A stretch of DNA of 64,000 bases, from positions 2,544,001-2,608,000 of the forward strand of contig MU058009.1 in assembly GCA_013265495.1 (NCBI GenBank). The letters run 5' to 3'. The position numbers and the translations under genes were made by a program. Shown here one piece after another: positions 50,801 through 64,000 of this stretch. Position 1 is the stretch's first letter, and each line of letters starts with the position of its first letter. The stretch comes from Vicugna vicugna (lineage: Eukaryota). Below the pieces are notes generated by a model, which made no database searches, had not been told where the DNA came from, and saw only the letters and a program-made list of their open reading frames with translations.

Positions 50801-53234
50801 TACAACTTACGATCATCGACTAAGACATTCCTATTAAAAGGAGATAACAACAATGCCACATTTATTACAGCTATTTAACACCACCCCAAAAGTTCAAACC
50901 AATGCAAGGAAATATAAAACTAAAATAAGACATAATTATTAGAAAGGGTTGGGCCGGGATCAGCATTGTGTGCAGAAATCCAGAGAATATGTGTTGCTGT
51001 ACAACTAAGTCTGTAAGAGAGTTTGAAATGGTGACCACACACAGAATAATTGAATACAAATCAACAGTTTTCCTTAATAGTAACTAAGATCATAGGAAGC
51101 ACCATAGAAAAATACGCAGGTGTGGGGAGCCTGCTACACATTTAGCTTTGTCCTTGAAGAAGTGAGATGACTCAGAAGGATGAACCAGAAACAAAAAAAC
51201 AAACAAAAAAATTTTTTAAAAGTGAGATGACTCAGTAATTAAGAAGGATTTTCTGGATCTCAGGGACCGAGGTTTCTGCTCCAGGCACACCTGACCTGCT
51301 TTATCATGTTGCCTGTGGTCTGCTCACTTGCCAAGATGACTTTGGATCCTGTCTGGCCTCCTCACTGACAGCAGGAAACACAGCGGGGCCATCTATGACT
51401 CTCCTTTGTCCCATCTCTTCTGTTCCAAGGTGCTGGGTAGGTAGCAGCCCAGAAGCCCCCTGGATGCTTTCACTTGTCACTAACCCGCTGGAGTAGCTGG
51501 ATTCCTGGTTGTTCGTGAGAGAAGGTCATTTTCTAGGCAGAAGCCAAGAGCAGTGTTAAACGTAGCCGTTTTAAACACATCGTGGCCTTCTGCCAACTTT
51601 TTCCTCCTGTTTATGATTTGGCTTCACCTCCAGCTGAACAATCATGGGCGAAAATCACAGAAGGACATGGCACTGGGTAGAGGAGACAGACATCTGCGGA
51701 TTTTGATGGGGAAAAGAATTGAGGAGGAAAAGGGGGGAAAAACACAAAAAACAAAACAAATAATGACGGTAACAAAAATTTCACTAGCATAAGCCAAGGA
51801 GATGTGAATGACCAAAAAGATAGCTCCCAGAAAACATGAAAGAACACACTAAGAATTTTCACAAAGAAACCTTCAGAGCACCCTTTTAGGTTTACTTCAA
51901 GCTCAATTTTTAAAAATAAATGCAGGGCAATTTCTATGTTGAGTTAAGCCCTTCTTTTCGTGTGTGCACTTCGGCTTGCTGAGCCTTTTCTGTGGATTGC
52001 AGATATACTGGCTGACCAGACAGCAAACTGGGGTTAGTCTTATGCTGAGTGGGAGAAGGGAAATGGAAATATTTTTAGAAGACAAAACCCTAAGCCTAAT
52101 GTAGCAAAGATTAAGATCCACAGAAACACTCTTCTGAATATTTATGGGTAATCCATGAATAATCCTCAGAAATAGATATTGCTGATGCAAATCAGATGAA
52201 AAAAAAATTGGGCTGGATTTTTCCAGCACATATGGCAATAAAGAAGAGTAAAATACAGTGATACTGTTACCAGGGCCATGGATGAATAATTTTGAAGACT
52301 GACAGGAAACTAAGCGAGTGCCATTGGTTAGAGAAATAATCCTCTGTTAGTGAGGACCACGTTTCTCTGATGATTAAAAGTAGGAGACAGTAAATAAAAA
52401 AAAAAAAAATGAGGGGGAAACTCCATTGTGCTCAAATGCCGACCATGATGTGTGGATTTTAAGGTGCTTAACATTTTTGTTCCTTCTCAATAAATATTAA
52501 CAAGAGACAGGTCCTGCACAGATTTAAATTTAAGTAAGACCATTTCTGTTCCTTCACAGTGTTTTTTATTTACTCTACTCCTGTGGTCATGGAATGTAAA
52601 TATTCTCTTAACTTCTCTTTCTTATCACATTAAAATAACCAACCAAGAGCTTGAGAATTAAGCTGGAGTCTTTTCCCTCAAGGCTGCTTTCAAATTCTAG
52701 TCTGGCATCAAATTTCTTTTCATTTTAGTCCAGACCAAATCAAATTATTTTACATTTAAATGTTTTTATTTCCTCACCAGGAAGTAACATGAATCACTAA
52801 TACCTACAAATGCAGTCAGTTGCTAGTGACTAGGTTTCCAGGAAAAATACTTTTTAGTTTTGTTTCTCTTCACAAAAGTCGCACACACATGGAAGCATCT
52901 CAACAATACAGCTGTGTTCATGCCTCAGTCAGCCCTCTCACATGCAGGTTGTTGGAAAGTGTTCCCCCAGGGTAGACAAGGAAAATTAGATCCTGGCTTT
53001 TAGCCTTGAGACTACGAACCCCTTTAAAAACCTTTAGGTAAAGAACCACGTTCGAGTTCTTATGTGCATCTCTTGTGAGAGGAGATTTCATGGTTTCCAG
53101 CACATTCCAGGGAGCCCACGATTCCATTAAGACCAACGATCACTGTCTTACGACAATTACTGAAAACCCAGGGACCTCACGTTGCATTCCATACACTTTC
53201 TTAACTGGCTACATCAGTGCTTCCGAAATTTTAA

Positions 53235-53352
53235 TTCAAAACTTACAGATCACGTGGGGATCCTGTTTAAAATGCAGATTAGAATTCAGAAGGTCTGGGT
53301 GGGGTCTGAGATTCTGCATTTCTAACAAAATTTAAGGTGATGCTGCTGCTCC
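53235..53352. mobile_element. MER5A-like
   Basis: gatcacgtggggatcctgtttaaaatgcagatt...aggtctgggtggggtctgagattctgcatttctaacaa...ggtgatgctg. Confidence 0.75.
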
Positions 53353-54047
53353 TGTTACTTTAAGTAACACCAAAAAATAGGACATGGCCAGAGAGTTCAG
53401 ACGTCTCACCCATTAAGAAGATTCTGACACCGTCTGTGTCAGAACACCCAGTGTCTGACAAAGACAGGAGAGTAAACACAGCACTGACTTTTACCATCCT
53501 TGGAGTAAAGAATATATTCATGAGATGACGAGTCACACCCTTTCCCACTGCTGCGAGGTCTGAAGCTGATTTTTGCAGATGTCATAGCTCATGGGAGCTC
53601 TCTGATTGAATTCCCTATTTTTGTGTTTCTTCCATCCCTCCCCTCATCCACAGAATTGGTTCGTAGAAAGAGTTTCATAAGATGCGGTCTGTTCCCCAAG
53701 TGCAGACATAGATACAAATGGATGCTTCTGGTCATTAAAAAGAAAAAGATTGTTATTGTTTCACTGTCTTCATGGCTGTGAAACATTGCCCTCTCTTTTT
53801 TCATCCTCAGGCATACAAAGCCTTGATACAAACAGGTGTAGAAATCAGCAAAACAAATACACTGTATTATTCCAGTGGGGACAGGATCATCTCTTTCTGG
53901 AACGTTCATCTTTTCTTCTCATCTGCTTTTTACGATTGACTCACCCACGATGATCAATACATATCTGGAAGCTTTGCCAACACCTGAAGCTTAACGCAAG
54001 AAATTAAACTAATGATTCCCCTTTCTTTTGTTTAACACTATTTTTAA

Positions 54048-54500
54048 AATTGTTTTGGGGGAGGTAATTAGGTTTATTTATTTACTTATTTAGTTTTTTG
54101 AAACCCAGGACCTCGTGCATGCTAAGCATGTACTCTGCCACTGACTTCTACCATCCCCCCTTTCTTTTTTTTTTATTGAAGTATAGTTAGTTACAATGTG
54201 TCCATTTCTGCTGCACAGCACAATGTCCCAGTCATGCATGTACATAACATATATTTGTTTTCATATTCTTCTACATTAAATGTCCCAGTCATGCATGTAC
54301 ATAACATATATTTGTTTTCATATTCTTCTACATTATTACAAGAAATTGAATATAGTTCCCTGTGCTATATTACGAGAAATATAGTTCCCTGTGCTATACA
54401 GAAGAAATTTGTTTTTTAAATCTATTTTTATATATAGTGGCTAACATTTGCAAATCTCAAACTCCCAAATTTATCCCTTCCCACCCCTACCCTCCCCCTG
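54048..54500 (-). mobile_element. SINE (~54048-54160) abutting an L1 3' fragment (~54161-54500)
   Basis: ggggaggtaattaggtttatt...cccaggacctcgtgcatgctaagc; then T-run and attgaagtatagttagttacaatg...atagttccctgtgctata. Confidence 0.85.
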
Positions 54501-55261
54501 TCTTATTCATGTGCATTTTCCATGATCCAAACAACTTGTGATCAAACCTTAAGGTTTCATTTGACTCTGTGTCAAGCTCCACACTTAATCATTTACCAAA
54601 TCCTATTAAGTCACCTTCTCTTGTTTACTAAAACCATTATCAAGGATTTCAAATGGGAAAGAAAATAAAGAACTGCACAGGTTTTCTTCCCTCTGGCCCT
54701 AACCAACAACTGCAGCCTCCCCTCTGAGATTCGAGGGGAAAAGACAGCAGCGAAGAGGAAGGGAAGGTGCCAAAGGAGGAAAAGGTAGCACAAAGTGTGT
54801 TCCAGTTGTTCACACCCCATCTTAAGTGGAGAGCAGGGCGAAAGCCATTTTTTATTTTATTTTATTTTTAATTTTTTTTCAAAGCCATTTTTTAAATAGT
54901 GCCATGTAATGTAAATGGTTAATAATTTGGGCTCTACTGTCAGACCTACTTCCAACACTATTTCTCAGCATTCTTCTACTCATTTCCCTCATCTGTAGAA
55001 AGAAGATGACATTGCAGGTTGCCTACCAAAATAGCCTCCTCCTTCCTTATTAATGAAATTGTATTTGGCGATCTCACAGCCTCCCTTGCCGCTCGAGGTA
55101 ATTATGAAACATAGTTCTGACCAAAAAGATGTTGCTGGAGGTCCTTGAGAACAAAGAAGACAGAACAAGCCTGGATTCTTGGTGACATCATTGAGTCACA
55201 CATAAAACTGGGCTGGGCTCCTTATTAAATGGAAGAAGCAAAGAAAACCCCCAAAAAACAA

Positions 55262-55775
55262 AATGGACAGCCTAAATGTCCATCAACAGATGACTGTATA
55301 AAGAAGATGTGGTATATTTGTACAAGGGAATACTACTCAGCTATAAAAAAATGACAACATAACGCCATTTGCAGCAACATGAATGTCCCTGGAGAATGTC
55401 ATTCTAAGTGAAGTAAGCCAGAGAGAGAAAAAAAAAATACCATATGAGATTGCTCATATATGGAATCAAAAAAAAAAAAACGTAAATACAGAACAGAAAC
55501 AGACTCATAGACATAGAACACAAACTTGTGGTTGCCAGGAAGGAGGGGGGTGGGAAGGGACAGACCGGGAGTTTGAAATTTGTAGATACTGACAGGCGTA
55601 TGCAGAATAGATAAACAAGATCATACTGTGTAGCACAGGGAAATATATACAAGATCTTGTGGTAGCTCACAGCAAAAAAGAATGTGATGATGAATACATG
55701 TATGAAAAATTGTGCTCTACATTGGATATTGACACAATATTGTAAACTGATTATTACTCAATTGAAAAAAAACCC
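55262..55775 (+). mobile_element. L1 3' fragment
   Basis: cctaaatgtccatcaacagatgac...gccatttgcagcaacatg...ctaagtgaagtaagccag...tgtaaactgattattactcaattgaaaaaaaa. Confidence 0.9.
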
Positions 55776-58700
55776 CACAACCTGACTTCTTTAAACTCTT
55801 GGTTATGTGTAACCTGTAATGCAATCCCAACTGATACACCATTTCAGGGTTACTGAGATTATTATTAAGTGTGATAATGAATCTGTGAATGGTTCACACA
55901 GGGTCTAGCACATAGTAAGCATGCCATCAATGTTAGCAATTAGCATTCACCATTATTATTTTTTAATTATTATTTCCCATGGCTCCTTCATTCTTCTCCA
56001 TCTTGCACAAGCGTTTTGCATTCTACTCTGTTTCCACACCCATCAGCCAAATCAAGACACTCATTATGTTACATCTGGCTAATAACCAACCCACCAAGGG
56101 TTTTAGTTGTACCTTCAAAGATGCATTGTTTGAAATAGACAGAGAAAAGGGACGAGGGCTTTACTGAGAGGGGGAATACAGTGTCAACACAGAGCGGGGA
56201 GGCTGGGAAGCAGAGTGTAACAGAAACTCCATGCTTCTCTGAAGAATTCGTGTGAGATAAGGTAGAAAAACAGGTTGGAGCCAGATTGTCAAGGGTTTTC
56301 AGTGACTGGCAAAGAGCAGGCCAAGGAATTTGTGGCATATTTCTCTGTGAAAATGTTAGGGCACTGTTTGTTCTTGATTTGACACTGCAACTAATACGAT
56401 TAAAGTCAAGAGTAGTTGATTCCTTTGCTTACTTGGCTGGCATTTAGTTTGCTCAGTTGTCACATGAGGAAGTTAAAGCAGATGCTCTCAAAGACCTGTG
56501 AGCATTCTAGAGTTCTCAAAGTCATTGGGAATTACGAAAAGGTTCTAATAAGCAAGCTTGAGCTCAGAGCCTCAATTTCAACGTCAGCCCTGACCTATTC
56601 TTATTCATTTATTCTTTCTTGCAACAGAGTTAATTTATGTTGCACATTTTGGGTGTGAGGAAACTTGCTGCTACTTCAAGTCTCACTGGAAGCCAACTTC
56701 AGCTAGCCACAACCGTCAGAATAATCCGCACAAATTTCACAGACCCCTAGAGCAACCCTTGGTCCACCCGGCTTCACACACCTTTGTCAACAAACATGGG
56801 TACCTGTGAACCTCATCTCTGCTTTCTCCATCCTTCTACGGCTCACACGTGATGCTAGATTCCAAGCTAAGCAGGACATTAATTTACAAATCAGAGGCAC
56901 TATAATACTCCAGATGGTTTAATACCCAATAAAAATGTGCTTGTTTTTAAAAATAGGTTTACTATTTTTAAATTAGAGTACAATGCTGGTTATAAAAGGA
57001 AAATAGACGAAAACATTTTTAAATAAGGAAGTATTAACACCACCATCTGGAGGGAAAAGTGTTCATTTTGGGGGAGTCTTCCTTTGCCAGGTTTTTTGGT
57101 GGCTTGAACATAGTCGTAATCATTTTGAATTTAATGTAAAGTTATAGCACAACTATTTCCCATGTTATTATATAGGCTTTATGTGTAACTTTCTGATAGT
57201 TACATAATGTTTTAAATGTATCATGAAATATTTCAGACACACAAAAACATAAAGGATAATAGAATGAAAGTCCACATAACCTCCTGGAGCTGAAGAACTA
57301 ATTAAAAGAACATACAATACGATTGATACCTTCTGTGTAATCTTCCTCATTTGCAGCTTCCTCTCTCTAGTATACTAACTACTTTCTTAAATTTGGTGAC
57401 TGTTCAGTTCTTGCGTGTCTGTATACTTGTACCCCAAATGTATGTATCCCAGAGTCACATGTAGTGACATTTGCATGATTCAAAATTTGCATAGTTAGTA
57501 TCACACAGTATATATTCTACAACTTGCTTTTGTTTCCTTCTCGGTATTGTTTTGGGAGTCATCCACGTCAAGTCATATTTGCTACATCATATTTCATCAA
57601 ATAAATATACAATAGTATCTCTTGTGTGGACTATTTAAGTGATTTGCACTTAATTTGCACCTATAATATTTTGACAAGTATCTTTCTGCATTTTTTATCT
57701 TTTTCTTCATGTAGGATTATTCCCTTAGTATAAATCCCCAAAGTGAAATTACCAAAAAAGCATGAAGATTTTTAAGATTCTTGACATATATTACCAAGCA
57801 GCATTACAAAAAGATTGTGCCAACTTTATATTGCCACCAGAAATATATTAGTTCCTTGTTTTATCACATATTTTACCAGCTGTGGATATTGCTACATTTT
57901 TCTTTAACTTCAGTTAGTTTGCTCAGCAAAAGGTGGCACCCTGATTTCTGGAGAAGATGAAATTGGTTAATTTTTCCATATTATCAATTAAACATACTAT
58001 CTCCTTTGTGATCTGTCTTTCATGACTTTTGCCCATCAACACCTTTTGAGACAGTGCTTTATCCCATCTTAATAGCTTTTGATGTAACAATATATTAATT
58101 TGTTGTCAAATTTGCTACAACTTTTTTCTAGTTTTTGGGGGTCCACAGTTTAGTTTGTAAATAATACCTATCAATAAACAATGAAAGGGTTTAATACTTA
58201 GTTCTATTATAATGTCAACTTGCTAATGTGGGTGGTCATACACGTAACTGAATAAAACATTTTTGTGATAAAATCATTAATATACCATTATATTTACAAA
58301 GTATATACTAATCTGAAATTAGCTAAATTTTAAGATTATCTTGGTGGTCTTTTAACTCATCCATTTCCCAGAGCAGCACTGATAGAACTGTGGAATGCCG
58401 ACCCCCATGTAGCCTGTAAGCCTGAGCAAACTTTGATATCCTATCAGGACCTTTCATTTATTCTTTTTTCCTTTATTTGTTTATTTTTGTTTTTGTAAGA
58501 AAACAGCTCGCAGGTCAAGTTTAAATGACCATTAAATCCTTTCTAATTACATTTCACCACACTGTCTAACCTCAGGAAACTTAGCACCCCGCTCTTTCTT
58601 TTATGAGCGTTGTCTACTTTGAGGGGTGGGTATTTCTGCAATTTTAAAATAAAGATTTGGCCTTTAACATTTTTGAAGACTCGGGTTGAAAGATTCAGTG

Positions 58701-59066
58701 GTTTCACTCTGAGGGGAAGAAAAACTAAATGTCATTTATAGACCATTCTTATACATCCTCTGGTATGAAGAAATTCCTAGGAACTCGTAGACGTCTCCTT
58801 TGAAGACTTGTGAAATGAATACAGCCCTTAACAGGTCAACACAACCGTCATCTACCACGCGGTATTTAGTGAACACTGCTTTATGCCCAGGCCCGCCACA
58901 GGTGCTAGAAAACACAAGGAGGGTGAGTAAGATGTCCTTTTAGGTAGAGCAGGGGAGGGGAGAGAGTAGGGAGAATTGAGTTCCTGCGCCAGGATGCAGA
59001 CCGTCTTTTATAACCTGCTGAAGAATATGGATTCCCAGCAATTGGCTGCCTTTAAACTTCTATTTT

Positions 59067-59198
59067 GGGGAGGCTGGGTGTAGCTCAAGTGGCAGAGCTC
59101 ATGCTTAGCATGCAGGAGGTCCTGGGTTTAATCCCCAGTACCTCCTCTAAAAATAACTAAATAAACCTAACTAACCCCCCCAAAAAAACCTTTAAAAA
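59067..59198 (+). mobile_element. tRNA-derived SINE (Vic-1-like)
   Basis: gtgtagctcaagtggcagagctcatgcttagcatgcaggaggtcctgggtttaatccccagtacctcc. Confidence 0.9.
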
Positions 59199-59791
59199 AT
59201 CTATTTTTTCTTTTATTTTGACCATTCCATAAATCAGTGGGCATCTTTAAATGCACAGACACTCATGGTGCTGCCTTGGCCGTATTTGCAGCACCGTGAA
59301 TCTCATTCAATAATAACAAGTCAGCATTTCTCTTTGAATGAAAAGATGTGTTTTAGAAAGATAATTCAGGAGACAGTGGAAAATGGGCCATAGAGAGGAG
59401 ATACAGATGGAGGGTGACCACCGGGAGGCGGATTGCAATAGTCCAGGTGAGAGAAGATGAAGGTCTGAGGTTACAAGACATCACGTTTAGCACTGCAGGG
59501 AACAGAAGCAGAACAAGACACGGCCCCTGCCGGGGAGGAGGGACGGAGGGAAATGCCAAGCCCCACGCTCGTTTCCCCGAACATGAGGCCCCTGGAGTGG
59601 GTCAGGAAGAAAGCTATGAATAAGAAAAGATGGACTTCTATTAAAATTCTGCTGAAGGTAAAGATTATAGAAAGCAATAATTGTCTGTTTGGTTTTTGTT
59701 TGGAGCAGAGGAAGCTTTAAGCAGGGCTGAGCAAGGTGGACGGGGTGGCTCACGCCCAAGAAAACTCCAAGCTTGAGAGCAATCATTCTTG

Positions 59792-59959
59792 GCACAGGGA
59801 GTGATATTGAACATCTTGTGGTCACCTGTGGTGGAAAAGAATATGAAAACGAATCTGGGTTTGTGTGTGTTCGTGTATGACTGAAGCATTATGCTGTGCA
59901 CCAGAAACTGACACATTGTAAACTGGCTCGACTTCAATAAAAATATATATGTATACGAA
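59792..59959 (+). mobile_element. Short L1 3' end with TSD
   Basis: gcacagggagtgatattgaacatcttgtggt...ccagaaactgacacattgtaaactgg; perfect TSD agcaatcattcttg at 59778-59791 and 59960-59973. Confidence 0.88.
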
Positions 59960-60689
59960 AGCAATCATTCTTGCTTAATCTCCTCAGTTTGACTGTGTTG
60001 TCTCCCACGTCTTTATGTAATCACTTTACACACCCTGCTGTTTGGGCTTTGACCAACCATACAAAACAAGGCACCAGGAACAATGCAGTCAGCAGTTGCC
60101 TGGACTTGTTATTGGCTGTGATTTCAGTAACTAACGACTTGCCGGCTCGGAGACGAGGGGAGAGCAAAACTCTCCTCTCCCTGTGCCTGCGCCAGCCAAC
60201 CGATTATGAGACTGTCAAAGTTCACAGGGATGGGGCCCTCCTTCTTTCTCCCAGCTTCCTCATTTGATGGGTCATTCATTAAGCGGGACAGAAGTTTCAC
60301 TCTCAACTTCAAGAAGTCAGTGAGTCATGTCAGTCATTTCCGGGGCTTGGTGTCCAGGGCCAGGTGGCAAAAAGACCAGACACCTTCCCCGGCCTGAGGC
60401 CTCATTACTCACCTGGCTCCTTAGAGGGAACCCAGAGCAAAGTGACTGCCCCACCCTCCCCCAACTCCCCTGGGAAAGCAAACGCCTTGCACAGAGCCCA
60501 GTACTCCAGTAGAAAAAGGCTGGGCTGCGTAATCAGACCTGGCTGAACACTGGCTCCATCAAGGCTGTGTGACTTCCTCTAAGTCAGTTAAGCTCTTTCA
60601 GCCTCAGATTTCCCACCTATAAAATGTTGATTATGTTCTGACCGCACATACCTTAGCAAAATAATTTTACAACACCTGGCACTCTGAGA

Positions 60690-61215
60690 CTTTGCTGGTA
60701 GGAATGTAAAATGGTGCTGCCTCTTTGGAAAACTGTTGGGCAGTTTCTCAAAAAGTTAAACATAAATTTACCATACAATCCAGCAATTCTACTCCTAGGC
60801 ATCTCCCTAAGGGAAATGAAAACATATGTCCACACAAAGACTTATGTGTGAGTGTTCATAGCAGCATTATTCATGAGTGAACCGCAGAAACATTATGCCA
60901 AGTGAAGGAAGCCAGACAGAAAAGATCACATGTTGGATGAGTGCATTTACACGAAGAAAGGCAAACCAAGAAAAGACAAATCTATAGAGACTTGAAGTGG
61001 GTTAGAGTTGCCTGGGGCTGAGCGCCACTGGGGGTGGGGGTGGGGGAGAGGAACTGAAGATGGGCAGGAGGGAGCTTTCTAGGGTGATGGAAATGCTCTG
61101 AAATTGGATTGTGGGGATGGATGAACACAACTGTAAATTTACTAAAAGTCATTGAATATACACTTAAAATAGTGGAAATTTATATCTAAATCTTACCTCC
61201 ATAAAGCTGTTTTTT
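60690..61215 (+). mobile_element. L1MB-like 3' fragment
   Basis: gctggtaggaatgtaaaatggtgc...tttggaaaactgttgggcagtttctcaaaaagttaaacata...aagtcattgaatatacacttaaaa. Confidence 0.85.
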
Positions 61216-62049
61216 AAAACCCACCAGGTATGTGGTAGATACTCAATGCTATAGCAAATCACCAACATTTAATAAGCATTTATTGGAAAGCTACTTTAAA
61301 CACATCACCTGCCGTCACTCAATTTAACTCATTTCTTTCTTTTTATTTTATTTCATTTCTTAATTAAAGTATAGTTAGTTTACAATGTTGTGTCCATTTC
61401 TGGTGTACAGCACAGTTCAGTCATACATGTACATACATATACTCATTTTCATTTTCTTTTTCATTACAGATAACATTTATTTCTAAGGCACATTTCTTAG
61501 CTTCACAAACTTTAGTCTTTCAAATACCACTTTCAACTGTTTTTTTGCATATCCACTCACCATCTGTACCATTAGCAACCACCACCCTTTTATCATTGAA
61601 GTTTCTGGTTTATAAAATTGTCCTTTACAAAAGATCTGTTGTGTAGGGTGTAAATATTTAATTTAATCCACATCCACTTAGGCCTGCCTGGTGTTTGTTT
61701 TTCATTTATATTTCACCGTGTTACATAATGCCAAATTCATCTGCCAATTCACTCCATTCAGTCTGGTGGGGGAAAAGCACAATAGCTTTTTAGTGTTGTA
61801 TAAATACCAAATATTTAGGTGATCAACTGAATTTTGCTGTCGAATTGGGCTAGAATTGTTTACATGTTCTTCTTGGGCTCCAATAATAGATGAAGGTGTT
61901 TTTTTCTCTCCATGCTTTCACTTTTCAACCACCTACTTCTCTGAGTTTGAATCAAACTCAGGAGTTGGTTAAGATCAAGGTTTCAATACCCAACCAGTCA
62001 GGAAATCTGGACTTGGCCTCTCCTAGCTGGAAAAGTCACCCGAAATTCT

Positions 62050-62260
62050 AGAACTGCACTGTCCGATATAGGACAACTAGGAATATGTGGCTCTTTAGGT
62101 TTAAATTCATTGAAACTAAATAAAATTTAAAATTCAGTTCTTCAGTCACACTAGGCACATTTCCATCTACTCAAAAGTCACACGTGGCCGGGGCTTCCAA
62201 GCTGGAAGCCCAGATGTAGAACACGTCCGTGTCCCAGAAAGAGTAGTAACGCGGTGCTGG
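62050..62260. mobile_element. MER3-like
   Basis: ctgcactgtccgatataggacaactagg...aaaatttaaaattcagttcttcagtcacactag. Confidence 0.7.
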
Positions 62261-64000
62261 CCTAGAATCCCAGGCCAGCAGTTGTATCGTTGCCTGCACT
62301 TTCCAAACTCCCCGCCGTCATCTTCCTAACTTTGAAAAACCTGTGTGAGTGCAACTCTGAATGAGGAAGCTGCAGACAAGACGCGAGTGATGGAGACAGA
62401 AGTTGCTAATTAGAGTTCTCACTCTTCCCTGGAGAGTACTTCTCGTCCACGACTCAGGCTTCTGTCCTAACCCACATCTCTGAGTTGTAAAATTTTCAGA
62501 GAGAGATCTTACCAAGAGCAGAAGTGGATCCACTCACCTATTGTGTTTATTTATGAAGCAAAGTTTAAGGATTTGAGGCAAATGTAATAGGTAATCCAGT
62601 TTTGTCTTTAGACAAATTTCTAAGTCACTGCTTCCTTCTTGGAGGGCAGACTACTGGTCAACTAACAGCGTACAGCGGGCAGGTAGTTGGCCAGTATGCA
62701 TCCAGCGACTCCATGAGGTCAATAAATGGTCCCAGATCAGGAACACTCTTATTTTTGCAGAGGACAAATTCTACTGACAAATAAGGCAACAAGATAAGCT
62801 AACACCTGTAAATCTTTGAATTGAGGAAAAAGAGTTAGCAAATGAAACTTCTCATGGAAGCAGCTTTCCAAAACCAATAAGGAGATTTTTCTTAAAATTT
62901 TCCCCGTTGTTTCTATGCACCTACTGCACTGTGACTTAACTTTTCATTGGGTTTCTTCTCCCTCTGTATTTTTCCATTTGGTTTTCACAGAATTGAGCTC
63001 TATGGCTTTTTCTAAAATGATTCTATATACCATTTAAACCTTAAATCACCCCATTTTATTAGAATGCCTTATAAAGTGTTCATTATTTCAATTAATAAAA
63101 GTATATCCTTTTCAATGATTGCCTTGGGGCATGACTACAAAGTTAAAACACTCAGAAAGTTATATAAAACTATAAAAGCCTTCAGCCAATGACAAATGTG
63201 CTCCTTAGGCATTAAGCCATTTTAAGTAATTTTAAGGCAGCTTTTACAAAATACCCTCTTACGGAGAGGTCAGCTGAAGAAAGAGAAATGTTGGCACAAA
63301 CTCTGAAGGAAGCCAAACTAGGGCCTTCACCAGGACTGAAGTGCAGAAGGACTGATTAATCTGAACAAGAATTTTCCATGAAGAGGCCTCTGCGGCTTCC
63401 AGGTCCCTCTTCTCCAGGTGGCATCTGGGACCTGTAAGTAGGCGTGCCCCGCCGGAGCTCAAATGGCTGCAGTGCTGCGGAGGGAGAGAGGCAGTCACCA
63501 GGGTAACCCGATCTCAAGCCACTGGGGACTTTACAGGCATGGTCAACACTTGCAGTTCTCCGCAGAAGCAATTGGCAGCTTATTCAGACTCTCCAAGACG
63601 AGTTCAATCTCATATTTTGAGAGTTTCAGAGGTGAGGAAAACAAATCTGATGAGTTTTCATTTCCCTGAATGCCAGGCAAACATTAGCATCGTGTGTTGT
63701 CACCACTGATTTCCATGCAGCTCACTAGAGGCTCATCACCATTCCCAGCTCCTCGCCTTCACCTCTTTGCTGTAACAATAATGAGCTCGGAAAGAGAGGC
63801 TCTGAGAAGCCTCTTTGGTTTTAATCAGCCACTCAAAGTAACTGGTTACAAATAACCTCACTTCTTGTTATGCATATTATTCACGGCGGTGCTCAGACCA
63901 CCTGACTAAGTACAGTCACATGCTTATAAAAAAGCACGTTCCCAGGCTCCACCTGAGACCCAGAGGCTCGGAATCTCTGGAGAGAGGTGCCAGAAATCTG

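Noticed and set aside
58512..58531. AGGTCA-n8-TGACCA inverted nuclear-receptor half-sites
   Set aside because: Atypical spacing and no supporting context.
63250..63560. Mildly CpG-enriched stretch with a plus-strand gtaagt donor-like motif
   Set aside because: No convincing acceptor, ORF or homology; an exon cannot be supported.

Overview
Mammalian genomic DNA, probably camelid (inferred from a recurrent tRNA-derived SINE resembling Vic-1). It holds the 5' part of PRDM10 (PR/SET-domain zinc-finger transcription factor) on the minus strand. A CpG-island promoter and probable non-coding exon 1 lie at ~42.9-44.45 kb. Exon 2 has the start codon at 21939, and coding exons 3-9 run down to 666. The eight coding segments (69+165+60+226+242+204+73+118 = 1157 nt) splice in frame. 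They encode the N-terminus, acidic tract, zinc knuckle, PR/SET domain and first C2H2 finger; the gene continues beyond position 1. The rest is intron or upstream DNA rich in L1, L2, MIR, SINE, LTR and hAT remnants. Nearly all other ORFs in the track are spurious. I see no prokaryotic-type system. The main observations are a U6 snRNA/L1 chimeric retrocopy with a perfect target-site duplication (TSD), a GC-AG intron, and a predicted spliced 47-aa uORF plus a candidate PRDM10 self-binding site. Also notable are an unidentified polyadenylated retro-insert nested in an LTR inside an L1, and a possible internal promoter for a PR-truncated isoform. Repeat family names and motif consensus sequences come from memory, not from a database search.
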